Both the position numbers and the translations under genes were made by a program. Source: an uncultured Acidimicrobiales bacterium (GTDB lineage: Bacteria; Actinomycetota; Acidimicrobiia; Acidimicrobiales; SZUA-35). From it: a stretch of 64,000 bases of DNA. The stretch is from positions 1,018,133 to 1,082,132 of the forward strand of contig CAVQVO010000017.1 in NCBI GenBank assembly GCA_963717115.1. The letters run 5' to 3'. Numbering within the stretch: the stretch's first letter is position 1; the number at the start of each line of letters is the position of its first letter. Positions 20,206-29,719 of this stretch are shown piece by piece. The notes under the pieces are model-generated. The model was given only the letters and a program-made list of their open reading frames with translations. It did not search any database and was not told where the DNA came from.

Positions 20206-21821
20206 GCCGCTGGAGCGCAGTCATCCTGCTCGTCGGCCTGCTCGTCGGGGGGGTGGTGTTCGACCGTCTCGATCACGCGCCCGAACCCGAGGCGCCTCCG
20301 GCCGAACCGTCCCGGATCACACCGTCGTTGTCGTCGGATCCGACGCTGTCCACCGTCTGGTACTGCCCGACCGGTTCCGGGGCGATCGACGGCATCGGTG
20401 CCCATGTGCTCGCGCTGACCAACCTGGGCGACACCACCGCGGTCGCCAACATCGACCTCATGAACGACGCCGGGGCCGGCCCGTCGCTGCGCCTCGAGAT
20501 CCCGCCCCGGTCGACCGAGACCCTCGACGTCTCGGACCTCGACATGTCGGCGTTCGTCGGCGCGGTGGTCGAGATCGTCGGCGGGAAGGGCGCCGTTGCC
20601 CACTCCGTCGACACGCCCCGGGGTCTGGTCGAGGCGCCGTGCGGCACCGAGACCTCCGACTCCTGGTACTTCGCCGACGGCGTCACCACCCGCGATGCCA
20701 CGGAGTACCTGGTGCTGTTGAATCCGGCGTCGCAGGACGTCGTCTTCGACGTCGAGTTCCAGACCGGCAGCCGCACCCGGCGCCCCAAGGATCTCGAGGC
20801 CGCCGTCGTCCCCGGGCGATCCGTTCGAGTGATCGACGTCGGTCAGTACATCAGTCGGGAGCCCAACGTGGCCACGGTGATCACGACGGTCCAGGGGCGA
20901 TTGGCGGTCGAGCGCCTCCAGTTCTTCGACGGGCAACTCGGCCCCCTCGGCGTGTCGCTCGTCGCCGCCGTCGACGAGCCTCAGCTCCAGTGGTTCCTCC
21001 CCGCCGGACGGATCCACGACGGGGGAGACCAACGCCTGACCCTGTTCAACCCCGGTACGGCGACGGCCGAACTCGACGTGTCGTTCGACCTGCTCGAGCC
21101 GGCCGATCGGGCGTCGTTCGGGCTGGTCCCGATCGAGGTGACCGTTGCTCCCGGCCGGATCGCGGTGGTCGACCTGGTCGAGGAGTTGGGCCGAACCGGT
21201 CTGCCGCTGCCGGCCGAGGTCGGCGTGACGGTGGTCTCGACCAACGGCGTCCCCGTCGTGGTCGAACGCTGGCAGGTGACCCCGAAGGTCGACACCTCGT
21301 TGATCGGGGCCGGGGGGACCAACGCCTCGATCGCCGGGGCTCGATCGCCGTTGTTCCCCGGTCTGGTCGACCGTCCGGGGCAGGACGGCGACGACGTGGA
21401 ATCGCCCGAGAACGCCGTCCCCGACCCCGCCACCACCCCCGAGGTACCGACGGACGCGGCGGCGCTCGTGCAGCCCACGGCAACGACCGGGGTCGCCTCC
21501 TCGACCGGGGTGTCGGTGCGGTCGACCGAGTGGGTGGTGCCGTGGGTGACCATCGGTGCGGCCGACGAGACCGTGGTCGTGGTGTCGGGAGCCGAGGGCA
21601 GCCTCGTGACCGTGTCCCTGGTGATCGCCGGTGAACGCCTGCCCCCGGTTCGGGCCGTCCTGCCTGCCGAGGGTCGGATCCAGATCCCGGTGACCGGCCC
21701 GGTCACCTCCGGCGCGCTCGTGATCACGGCCGAACAGCCGATCGCCGCCGAGGTCCAGTTCGTCGGCCCGGGTCGGCTCGGTGTCGTGCCGGCCGTGCCG
21801 ATGATCGCCGGTGATCGATGA
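20202..21821 (+). CDS. Membrane-anchored secreted protein, DUF5719-like (family name from memory)
   Basis: The ATG overlaps the upstream stop (ATGA). N-terminal TM helix (AVILLVGLLVGGVVF) followed by a beta-rich domain. High GC3. It is the usual neighbour of the large GT2 gene in Actinobacteria. Confidence 0.7.
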   Translation: MSRWSAVILLVGLLVGGVVFDRLDHAPEPEAPPAEPSRITPSLSSDPTLSTVWYCPTGSGAIDGIGAHVLALTNLGDTTAVANIDLMNDAGAGPSLRLEIPPRSTETLDVSDLDMSAFVGAVVEIVGGKGAVAHSVDTPRGLVEAPCGTETSDSWYFADGVTTRDATEYLVLLNPASQDVVFDVEFQTGSRTRRPKDLEAAVVPGRSVRVIDVGQYISREPNVATVITTVQGRLAVERLQFFDGQLGPLGVSLVAAVDEPQLQWFLPAGRIHDGGDQRLTLFNPGTATAELDVSFDLLEPADRASFGLVPIEVTVAPGRIAVVDLVEELGRTGLPLPAEVGVTVVSTNGVPVVVERWQVTPKVDTSLIGAGGTNASIAGARSPLFPGLVDRPGQDGDDVESPENAVPDPATTPEVPTDAAALVQPTATTGVASSTGVSVRSTEWVVPWVTIGAADETVVVVSGAEGSLVTVSLVIAGERLPPVRAVLPAEGRIQIPVTGPVTSGALVITAEQPIAAEVQFVGPGRLGVVPAVPMIAGDR

Positions 21822-22225
21822 TCCGGATCGTCGTCCTGATCGTGCTCAGTCTGGCGGCCATCGGCGTGGCCCTGCTCCTGCAGCGCCGGCGCCCCGAGGC
21901 CCCCTCGGCCCCGTCCTACCGGGCCCCCCGACAGATCGACCGGAACGATTTCGACGTTCCGGCCGAGCTCCGCATGATCGTCGTGTTCACCTCGGCGACC
22001 TGCCAATCGTGCAGCGGTGTCTGGGACACGGTCACCTCGATCGAACGGGCCCGGACCGGTGCCCAGCGGGTCGAGATCCAGACGACACCCGATCTCCATC
22101 GGCGGTATCGGATCGACGGCGTGCCGACCACCCTCGTCGTCGACCCCGAAGGTGTCGTCACGCACACGTTCTTCGGTCCGTTCCCCGCCGCCGATCTCGA
22201 AGCGGCACTCGACGAACGGGGCTGA
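21818..22225 (+). CDS. Membrane-anchored thioredoxin-fold protein (CxxC)
   Basis: ATGA overlap with the upstream gene. TM helix (IVVLIVLSLAAIGVALLL), then VVFTSATCQSCSGVW...GVPTTLVVD, a thioredoxin-like pattern. Confidence 0.65.
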   Translation: MIRIVVLIVLSLAAIGVALLLQRRRPEAPSAPSYRAPRQIDRNDFDVPAELRMIVVFTSATCQSCSGVWDTVTSIERARTGAQRVEIQTTPDLHRRYRIDGVPTTLVVDPEGVVTHTFFGPFPAADLEAALDERG

Positions 22226-22237
22226 AGACCGGACCGC

Positions 22238-24128
22238 TCAGCCGGCGTGGGAGCCGTTGGCCACGGCGGCGGCCTCGCTGACGAACTGGGCGATCTCGTC
22301 GCCGCTGACGGTCTCCTTCTCGAGGAGCGCCTGGGCGATCCGATCGAGGATCGGACGATGGGCGATCAGCAGCTCCCGACAACGATCTTCGGCATCGAGC
22401 AGGATCCGGTGCGTTTCCTCGTCGATGACCCGTGCGGTCTCGTCGGAGTACTCCCTCGAGTTCATGATGTCGTCGCCGAGGAACACCTGACCGTTGCCGC
22501 CCCAGGCCATGGGGCCGACCTTGTCGGACATGCCCCATTCCTTGACCATCTTCTGGGCCGTCTCGGTGGCCTTCATGAGGTCGTCGGATGCGCCGGTGCT
22601 GGTCATGTTGTAGACGACCTGCTCGGCCATCCGACCTCCCATGATCACGACCAGGCGGTCCTCGATGTAGTCCCGCCGGTAGAGGTGGCGATCCTCCGAC
22701 GGCAACTGCATCGTGACGCCGAGGGCCATGCCGCTCGGAATGATCGTGACCTTGTGGAGCGGGTCGGCATTGGGCAGGATGGCGGCGCACAGGGCGTGGC
22801 CCCCCTCGTGGTACGCAACGGCCTCACGCTCGGCGTCGGACAGCACCATCGAGTCACGCTTGACACCCATGAGGACCCGGTCCCGGGCCGCATCGAAGTG
22901 GCGGGCGTAGATGCGCTTCTCGCCCGATCGGACCGCGAACAGCGCAGCCTCGTTGACCAGGTTGGCGAGATCGGCGCCGCTCATCCCGGGGGCACCACGG
23001 GCGATCAGATCGATGTCGACGTCTTCGGCGATCTTCTTGTGCTTGATGTGCACGGCGAGGATCTGGCGCCGGTCTTCGAGCTCGGGAAGCGGCACGACCA
23101 CCTGACGGTCGAAGCGGCCCGGGCGCAGGAGGGCCGGGTCGAGGATGTCGGGCCGGTTGGTGGCGGCCATCATGACGATGCCCTCGGTGGCCTCGAAGCC
23201 ATCCATCTCGGCGAGCATCTGGTTGAGCGTCTGTTCCCGTTCGTCGTGACCGCCGCCGAGGCCTGCCCCGCGTTTGCGTCCGATGGAGTCGATCTCGTCG
23301 ACGAAGATGATCGCCTTGCCCATCTTGCGGGCCTCGGCGAACAGGTCACGCACCCGGCTGGCGCCGACACCGACGAACATCTCCATGAAGTCCGAACCGG
23401 TGACCGACATGAACGGGACGCCGGCCTCGCCGGCGGTTGCCCGGGCGATCAGGGTCTTGCCGGTCCCGGGAGGACCGACGAGGAGCACGCCCTTGGGGAT
23501 GCGGGCTCCGACCTCGGCGAACTTCGACGGGTCCTTCAGGAAGTCGACCACCTCGGTGACCTCCTTCTTGACGGCGGCGTAGCCCGCGACGTCGGCGAAG
23601 GTGGTTCCCGGTCGCTCGGTGTTGTAGGTCTTGGCCTTGGAGCGCCCGATCGACATGATCCCGCCCATCTGCGACTGCTGGCGGCGCGAGAGCCACCAGA
23701 AGAAGCCCAGGATCAACATGAACGGCAGGAAGATCTGGAGCAGGCTGACCAGGATGTTCCCGGTCGGGGTCTTCGGGTTCGAGCTCCACGTCGTTGCGGA
23801 CGAGGAGTTCGAGGTCGTTGTCGGGGAAGGGGCTCAGTCCGGTGGTGGAGAACTTCTCGCCGTTGAGGTAGACGCCCTCGATCTTGGCCGAGGTGTTGTC
23901 GTAGGTGATCGACGTGACGTTGCCGGCGCTGACCTCGGACTTGAACTCGCTGTAGCTGATCTGGTTCCCGGAGTCGTTGTTGTTGGTTGTCATGAAGCCG
24001 AGCAGGACGATGAGGACGCCGATGACGATCCAGGCGGCCCAGCGGGGCCAGCCGCCGTCGGCGCGGCTGGGAAGGCGGGGGTTTCGACCTGGCGGGGGTG
24101 GTGGCGGGGTGGAGCCTCGGTCAGACAT
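22238..24128 (-). pseudogene. ftsH: ATP-dependent zinc metalloprotease FtsH, frame broken once (+1) as assembled
   Basis: The N-terminal TM1 and periplasmic domain are in ORF 23346..24278, starting at ATG 24128. TM2, the AAA module ([13 protein letters not shown], second-region-of-homology) and HEGGH protease are in ORF 22238..23719. The break lies between 23756 and 23833. Length is 1891 nt = 3n+1. Confidence 0.9.
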
Positions 24129-24220
24129 GGAGTCCAAGCCTAGGGCGATGCGGGTGCCATGGCGTGGTCGGGCGATCCCCGGTCGTCCAGCCCGTGAACC
24201 GGCGCCGATAGGGTCGGGCG

Positions 24221-24943
24221 GTGTTCCGCGCCCCGCCTGCACCCGAACCGTCGCCGGCGTGGGGGCTGTCCGACGCACTCGGCTGGTTCGTCGCCGGCCT
24301 GTTCGCCCAGGTGGTGCTGGCTTCGGCGGCCATCACGTGGTTCTACGACGGCGAGACCCCGTCGCCCCAACCGGTCATCCTGCTCTTCGTCGTGCAGCTC
24401 GGACTGTGGTTCGCCTACGGCGTCGGACCGATCATCACGACCCGGCGGCGGGGCAACGGCCCGGTGGCCGACCTCGGGGCCTCGGTCCGGATCGGCGATC
24501 TGGGGGTCGGGCTGGCGACGGGGATCGTGCTCCAGTTGCTCGTGCTGCCCCTGCTCTATTGGCCCATCGGGCAGCTGGTCGACATCGACCCGGGCCAGGC
24601 CGCCGAAGACCTCGTCGACACCGTCGACGGGACGGCCGACATCATCATGATGACGGTGATCGTCGCGATCATGGCGCCCCTGGTCGAGGAGCTGTTCTAT
24701 CGGGGTCTGGTGCTCGGCGCCCTGCGCCGCCACGTTCCCGACGCCGCCGCCATCGGGATCCAGGGGCTGCTCTTCGGGGCCGCCCACTTCCAGGGTGTCC
24801 AACTGCCCGGGCTCGTCGTCGTCGGCCTGGCCTTCGGTGCGCTCCGGATCCGCTACGGGAGGCTCGGACCGTGCTGGGCCGCCCACTTCGGGTTCAATGC
24901 CGTGACCCTGGCCGTGTTGTTGAACGACGTCGCCGGCAGCTGA
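24221..24943 (+). CDS. CPBP family intramembrane glutamic endopeptidase (CAAX protease/Abi)
   Basis: APLVEELFYRG and LLFGAAHF motifs within a multi-TM protein. GTG start. Confidence 0.85.
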   Translation: MFRAPPAPEPSPAWGLSDALGWFVAGLFAQVVLASAAITWFYDGETPSPQPVILLFVVQLGLWFAYGVGPIITTRRRGNGPVADLGASVRIGDLGVGLATGIVLQLLVLPLLYWPIGQLVDIDPGQAAEDLVDTVDGTADIIMMTVIVAIMAPLVEELFYRGLVLGALRRHVPDAAAIGIQGLLFGAAHFQGVQLPGLVVVGLAFGALRIRYGRLGPCWAAHFGFNAVTLAVLLNDVAGS

Positions 24944-25070
24944 TCCGCGAGTCTTGGACGGGCCGCACGGCCCGGGCCTCGTGGGCCGTGCGGCCCATCG
25001 AGTGGTGCCCGATGGTTCATTGGGCGTCGTCGGTGCTCATGGCCAGGTCCTGACCACCGAATGGGCGGGT

Positions 25071-25265
25071 ATGGAAAGCACCATCCGCCCCTGCCGCCTG
25101 TGCGGTTCCGATGCCGTCGTGATCGGGATGCAGTTCGACGGCAACACCGTCGACATGGAGTCCTGCGACCACTGCGACACCCGGCGCTGGAGCGTGCAGG
25201 GCGAAGCGGTCGAACTCGACGCCGTCTTGGCCGAGGTCGGGTTGCGTTCCGGACGTCGCCGCTGA
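25071..25265 (+). CDS. Small putative zinc-ribbon protein (64 aa)
   Basis: MESTIRPCRLCGS...ESCDHCDTRRW gives a CxxC...CxxC pair. ATG at 25071. High GC3, but no family was recognised. Confidence 0.4.
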   Translation: MESTIRPCRLCGSDAVVIGMQFDGNTVDMESCDHCDTRRWSVQGEAVELDAVLAEVGLRSGRRR

Positions 25266-25421
25266 GCCGCGGCACTCGGCGTCGGAACCAAATCCGGGTT
25301 ATGACGCTGCATCGGGCGATTTGGGTGTCACCATGTGCGGGTCATGCATGAGGTGCCAGAGTCGCAACGTTCGACTCCCGGCGGCAAACCTTCGAGCCTT
25401 CGTCGCTCGTCCGGTGGGTCG

Positions 25422-28160
25422 ATGCCGGGAGATCCCATTCCCGAGGTCCCGATGCCCGACGGCGCCAGTGGGTTGACCGAGGAGTCCTCGATCGCGCTCC
25501 GCGAGGCACTGGTCGGCGAACCCCGCCCCGATGGACCGGCCACCGACGACCCCGACGACCGGCTCGACGACGAACCGGCCGGGCCGCTCGACGAGGTGAT
25601 GGCGTCGCCGGGTCCGTCGACCGACCCGGCCGGCACCGCAGCGACCTCGGGGCTCGAATCGGAGACCGAGCGCGACGGGGCGATCATCGGATGGCTCGGG
25701 CTCGCCGTGGCCCTGGCCTGTGCGGTGTTCGTCTTCGTGCAGATGCGGCCCGACCTCATCTTCCTCGACACCACACCGTCGGGTGGCGACATGGGCGCCC
25801 ATGTGTGGGGGCCGGCCTACCTGCGCGACAACCTGCTGTCACAGGGTCGACTCACGGGGTGGACGCCGGACTGGTACGCCGGGTTCCCGGCCTACCAGTT
25901 CTACATGGTGGTCCCCTCGCTGGCGATCGTGGCACTCAACGCGGGTCTCGATCCACTCGTCGGCGGCATCGTGTCGCTCGTGGTCCTGGCGGCCGCCGCC
26001 GCCGCCGCCCGGCGCTTCCGGTCGTGGGCCGTCCTCCTGTTCGTCGCCGCCGCCGTGGTCTCGGTCCTGCTGATCGGGCTCCCGTACGGCGTGGCCTTCA
26101 AGGTGATCAGCATCAGTGGGCTGGTTGCGTTCCCGATCGCCGCCTGGGCGCTGGGTCGGATGGCCGGACTCCGCCGAACCGATCCCGGCCTTCATGGCGC
26201 TCGGATCAACGGTCTTCCTCTTCGACACCAACTTCCAGATCTACGGCGGCAACATCGCCTCGACGCTGGCCGGGGAGTTCGCCTTCTCGATCGGACTGTG
26301 CCTCAGTCTCCTGGCCATGGGCCTCGCCATCCGCGGCATGGATCGCCACAGTGCCGGGCTGCCGAGCTCGCGGGCCATGGCCGCCGTGGTGATCGCCCTG
26401 GTTGCCCTGAGCCATCTCATCCCGCTGTTCTTCATGTTGCTCGGGCTGGCGATCGTGATGCTCGCCGACCGCAAGATCCCCCGCCTCTGGATCCTGGCCG
26501 TCGCCGCCACCTTCTGTCTCGTCCCCATGGCGCTCGCCGACGACGTCACGGTGCCCGCCTTCCTCGCGACGGTCGGGGCGGCCATTGCCGTCGCCGGCGC
26601 CGTGGTCGCCGCCGACGAGGGGGTGCGCAGTCGATTCCTCTGGCTCGCCGTCACCGGCCCGATCGCTGCGCTCCTGGCCAGTTTCTGGCTCGTTCCCTTC
26701 TATCTGCAGTCGGAGTTCTTCAACGACATGGGCTGGGAGCGCAAGGACCTGATCGGGCCCCTGCTGCTGACCGACCCGATGAAGATCGCCCTGCCGGTGG
26801 CCGCCATCGGTGCGGTCCTGGCCCTCGCCACCCGTGACCGCATGGGCATCACGTTCGCCATCATGGCCGGCGTCTTCGCAATGGCCGTCGCCAACCTCGG
26901 GGCCGGCAAGCTCTGGAACGCCCGGCTCCTGCCGTTCTTCTATCTGTCGGTCTACCTGACGGCGGCGATCGCCCTCGCCCTCGTCGTCCGGTTCAGCGCC
27001 GCCGCAGCCTCGGAACGGATCCACGCACCGGATCGACGCGTGCTCGGGGGCGGACTGGCCCTCGGACTTGCACTCACGCTCGTCGGACTGGCCATCCCGT
27101 TGCGAGCGCTGCCCGGGGGTACGGTCAACGCGGTCGGCGTGCACGAGTGGTTCGGATTCCGCAGCTACGCCCGCAGCTTCATCCCCTCGTGGGTGTCCTG
27201 GAACTACTCGGGCTACGAGGAGAAGCCGGCCTATCTCGAGTACCGCAACGTGGTCGAGCTCATGGCTGGCCTGGGTGAGTCCAACGGCTGCGGCCGGGCG
27301 ATGTGGGAGTACGACGCCCACCTCGAACGCTACGGCACCCCGATGGCGCTGATGCTGCTGCCCGCATTGGACCGACGGCTGCATCGGCTCGATGGAGGGC
27401 CTCTACTTCGAGTCCTCGGCAACGACCCCGTTCCACTTCCTGAACCAGTCCGTGCTGTCGTCGAGCCCCTCGCGAGCCCAGCGGGACCTGCCCTACCAGG
27501 GCTTCGACATCGAAACCGGGATCGAACAGCTCCAGGTGATGGGTGTTCGGTACTACATGGCCCAGACCGACACCTCGATCGCCGCGGCCCGGGGCCGGGA
27601 CGACCTGACCGAGGTGGGGGAATCCGAACCCTTCGTGGTCTTCGAGCTCGACCGTCACGACCTGGTGGAGGGGCTCGACACGACCCCGGTGGTGGCCACG
27701 GGCCCCACGGGTGAACAGGCCGCCGGCGTGGGGAGTCGGTTCGACGTCGGGTGGGCGAGCCAGGCCGTCAAGTTCTACAACGACCCGGCGGGCTACGACG
27801 CCATGCCCGGCCGAGGACGGCCCGTCCGAGTGGCCGAGGGTGGCCGTGCAGTTGCCCGGCGACGGCACCCCGGTCGCCGACCCGGCCGTCGTGTCCGACC
27901 TCGACGTCGGCGACGACCACATCTCGTTCACGGTCGACCAGGTCGGGTCGCCGGTGTTGGTGAAGGCGTCGTACTTCCCGAACTGGAAGGTGTCGGGAGC
28001 CGACGGGCCGTACCGGGCCGGCCCCAATCTCATGGTCGTCGTCCCGACCGACACCGACGTCGAGCTGACCTACGGCTACACCGGTCCCGACTATCTGGGT
28101 TACCTGTTGACGCTGGTCGGTCTGGGCGGGTTGGTGTGGCTGGTTCGGCGCGATCACCGG
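25422..28160 (+). pseudogene. Large polytopic membrane protein (TTPSGGDMGAHVWGP family, name uncertain), frame broken three times (+1 each) as assembled
   Basis: Coherent hydrophobic protein sequence runs through four ORFs: 25335.. (to AWALGRMAGL), 26116.. (PIPAFMALGSTVFLFD to YGTPMALMLLP), 27392.. (WTDGCIGSMEGLYFESS to KFYNDPAGYDAMP) and 27711.. (AEDGPSEWPRVAV to LVWLVRRD). The start and end are uncertain. Confidence 0.7.
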
Positions 28161-28310
28161 TCACCCTCCACCCCAACCAACCGTTCTGGCGGGTCGGCGT
28201 CCCTCGCCGGGGACGGAGCGCCGCCAGAACGACGGGGTGGTGGGTCGGGACCGGGGCTGTTTCGTGACGAGGCCGAACCGGTCGTGCCACCGTCGGCGTA
28301 TCTTGCCGGG

Positions 28311-29715
28311 GTGGAATCCGCCAACATCGCCTCGCTCGACGCCATCGTCAAGGCCTACGACGTCCGAGGGACCTACCCCGATCAGATCAACGCGACGATC
28401 GCCGAGGCCCTCGGCGTGGGGTTCGCGACCTTCGTCCGCTCCGCCGAACCCGAGGCCGGTCGAATCGTGATCGGTCGAGACATGCGGCCCTCGGGCACCG
28501 AGCTGGTGGCGGCCTTCTCCAAGAGGCGTCCGACGCCAGGGTCTCGACGTGGTCGACATCGGGCTGGCCTCGACCGACATGGTGTACTTCGCATCCGGCT
28601 CGCTCGGCTGCCCCGGGGTGATGTTCACCGCATCACACAACCCTGCCGGCTACAACGGGATCAAGCTCTGCCGATCGGGTGCCGCGCCGATCGGACAGGA
28701 ATCGGGACTGGCCGACATCAAGGCCACGGCGGCCGAGGAACTGGCCGAACGGGGCCCGGCGCCGGCGGCCATCGAGGGTGACACGACCAGCGAGGAGCTG
28801 CTCGGCGCGTTCGCCGAGCACGTTCGGGGGTTCGTCGACACCTCGCAACTCCGACCGCTCAAGGTCGTCGTCGACACGGCCAACGGCATGGGTGGCCTCG
28901 TGGTCCCGGCGGCGTTCGAGGGTCTGCCCATCGAACTCGATCTGCTCTATCCCGAACTCGACGGCACGTTCCCCAACCACCCGGCCGATCCGCTCGACAT
29001 GGACAACCTCGTCGATCTCCAGGCCCGGGTGCTCGAGGTCGGAGCCGACGTCGGGTTGGCCTTCGACGGTGACGCCGACCGGGTCTTCCTGGTCGACGAG
29101 CTCGGGCGGCCCGTCTCGGGTTCGCTCACCACCGCGCTGCTCGCCCGGGCGATCCTCGCCGAGCATCCCGGACGCACCGTGGTGCACAACCTCATCTGCT
29201 CCAAGGTCGTCCCCGAGGTCATCGCCGAGTCGGGCGGCGTCGCCTTCCGGTCCCGGGTCGGCCACTCGTTCATCAAGGCCCACATGGCCGAGGAGGATGC
29301 GATCTTCGGCGGTGAGCACTCGGCTCACTACTACTTCGCCGACAACTGGCGGGCGGACTCGGGTCTCATCGCCTCGATGTTCGTGTTGGCCCAGCTCAGC
29401 GCCTTCGACGGCCCGCTGTCGGCCCTGTTGGCGCCCCTCGATCGTTATGCGGCGTCGGGCGAGATCAACACCCGGGTCGACGACGCGTTCGCGGTGATCG
29501 ACCACGTGGCGCAGCACTACGGCCAGGTCTCGACCGAGGGGACGGGCACCGCCATCGACCGCCTCGACGGGCTCACCGTCGACCTCGGCGACTGGTGGTT
29601 CAACCTGCGGCCCTCCAACACCGAGCCGCTGCTCCGACTCAACCTCGAGGCCGCGACGTCCGACGACGTCGCCGCCCGGGTCGCCGAGGTCCAGGCCGTG
29701 ATGGCGAGCGTCTGA
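28311..29715 (+). pseudogene. manB: Phosphomannomutase/phosphoglucomutase, frame broken once (+1) as assembled
   Basis: The N-terminus (LDAIVKAYDVRG...IGRDMRPSG.ELVAAFSK) is in the 27711 frame. The rest (GLDVVDIGLASTDMVYFASG...TASHNPAGYNGIK...FDGDADR) is in ORF 28549..29715. The junction is near 28518-28530. The putative GTG start at 28311 is uncertain. Length is 1405 nt = 3n+1. Confidence 0.85.
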
Positions 29716-29719
29716 GGTC

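Noticed and set aside
24954-25070. A longer 103-aa version of the zinc-ribbon ORF.
   Set aside because: The upstream 39 codons have poorer third-position bias and no features. ATG 25071 gives a compact CxxC...CxxC protein.
28150-29715. A genuine bifunctional membrane-protein/phosphomannomutase fusion.
   Set aside because: The linking 160 nt has weaker coding bias, a plausible GTG start precedes the conserved PMM N-terminus, and the region is already riddled with frame errors. The fusion is kept only as an open question.
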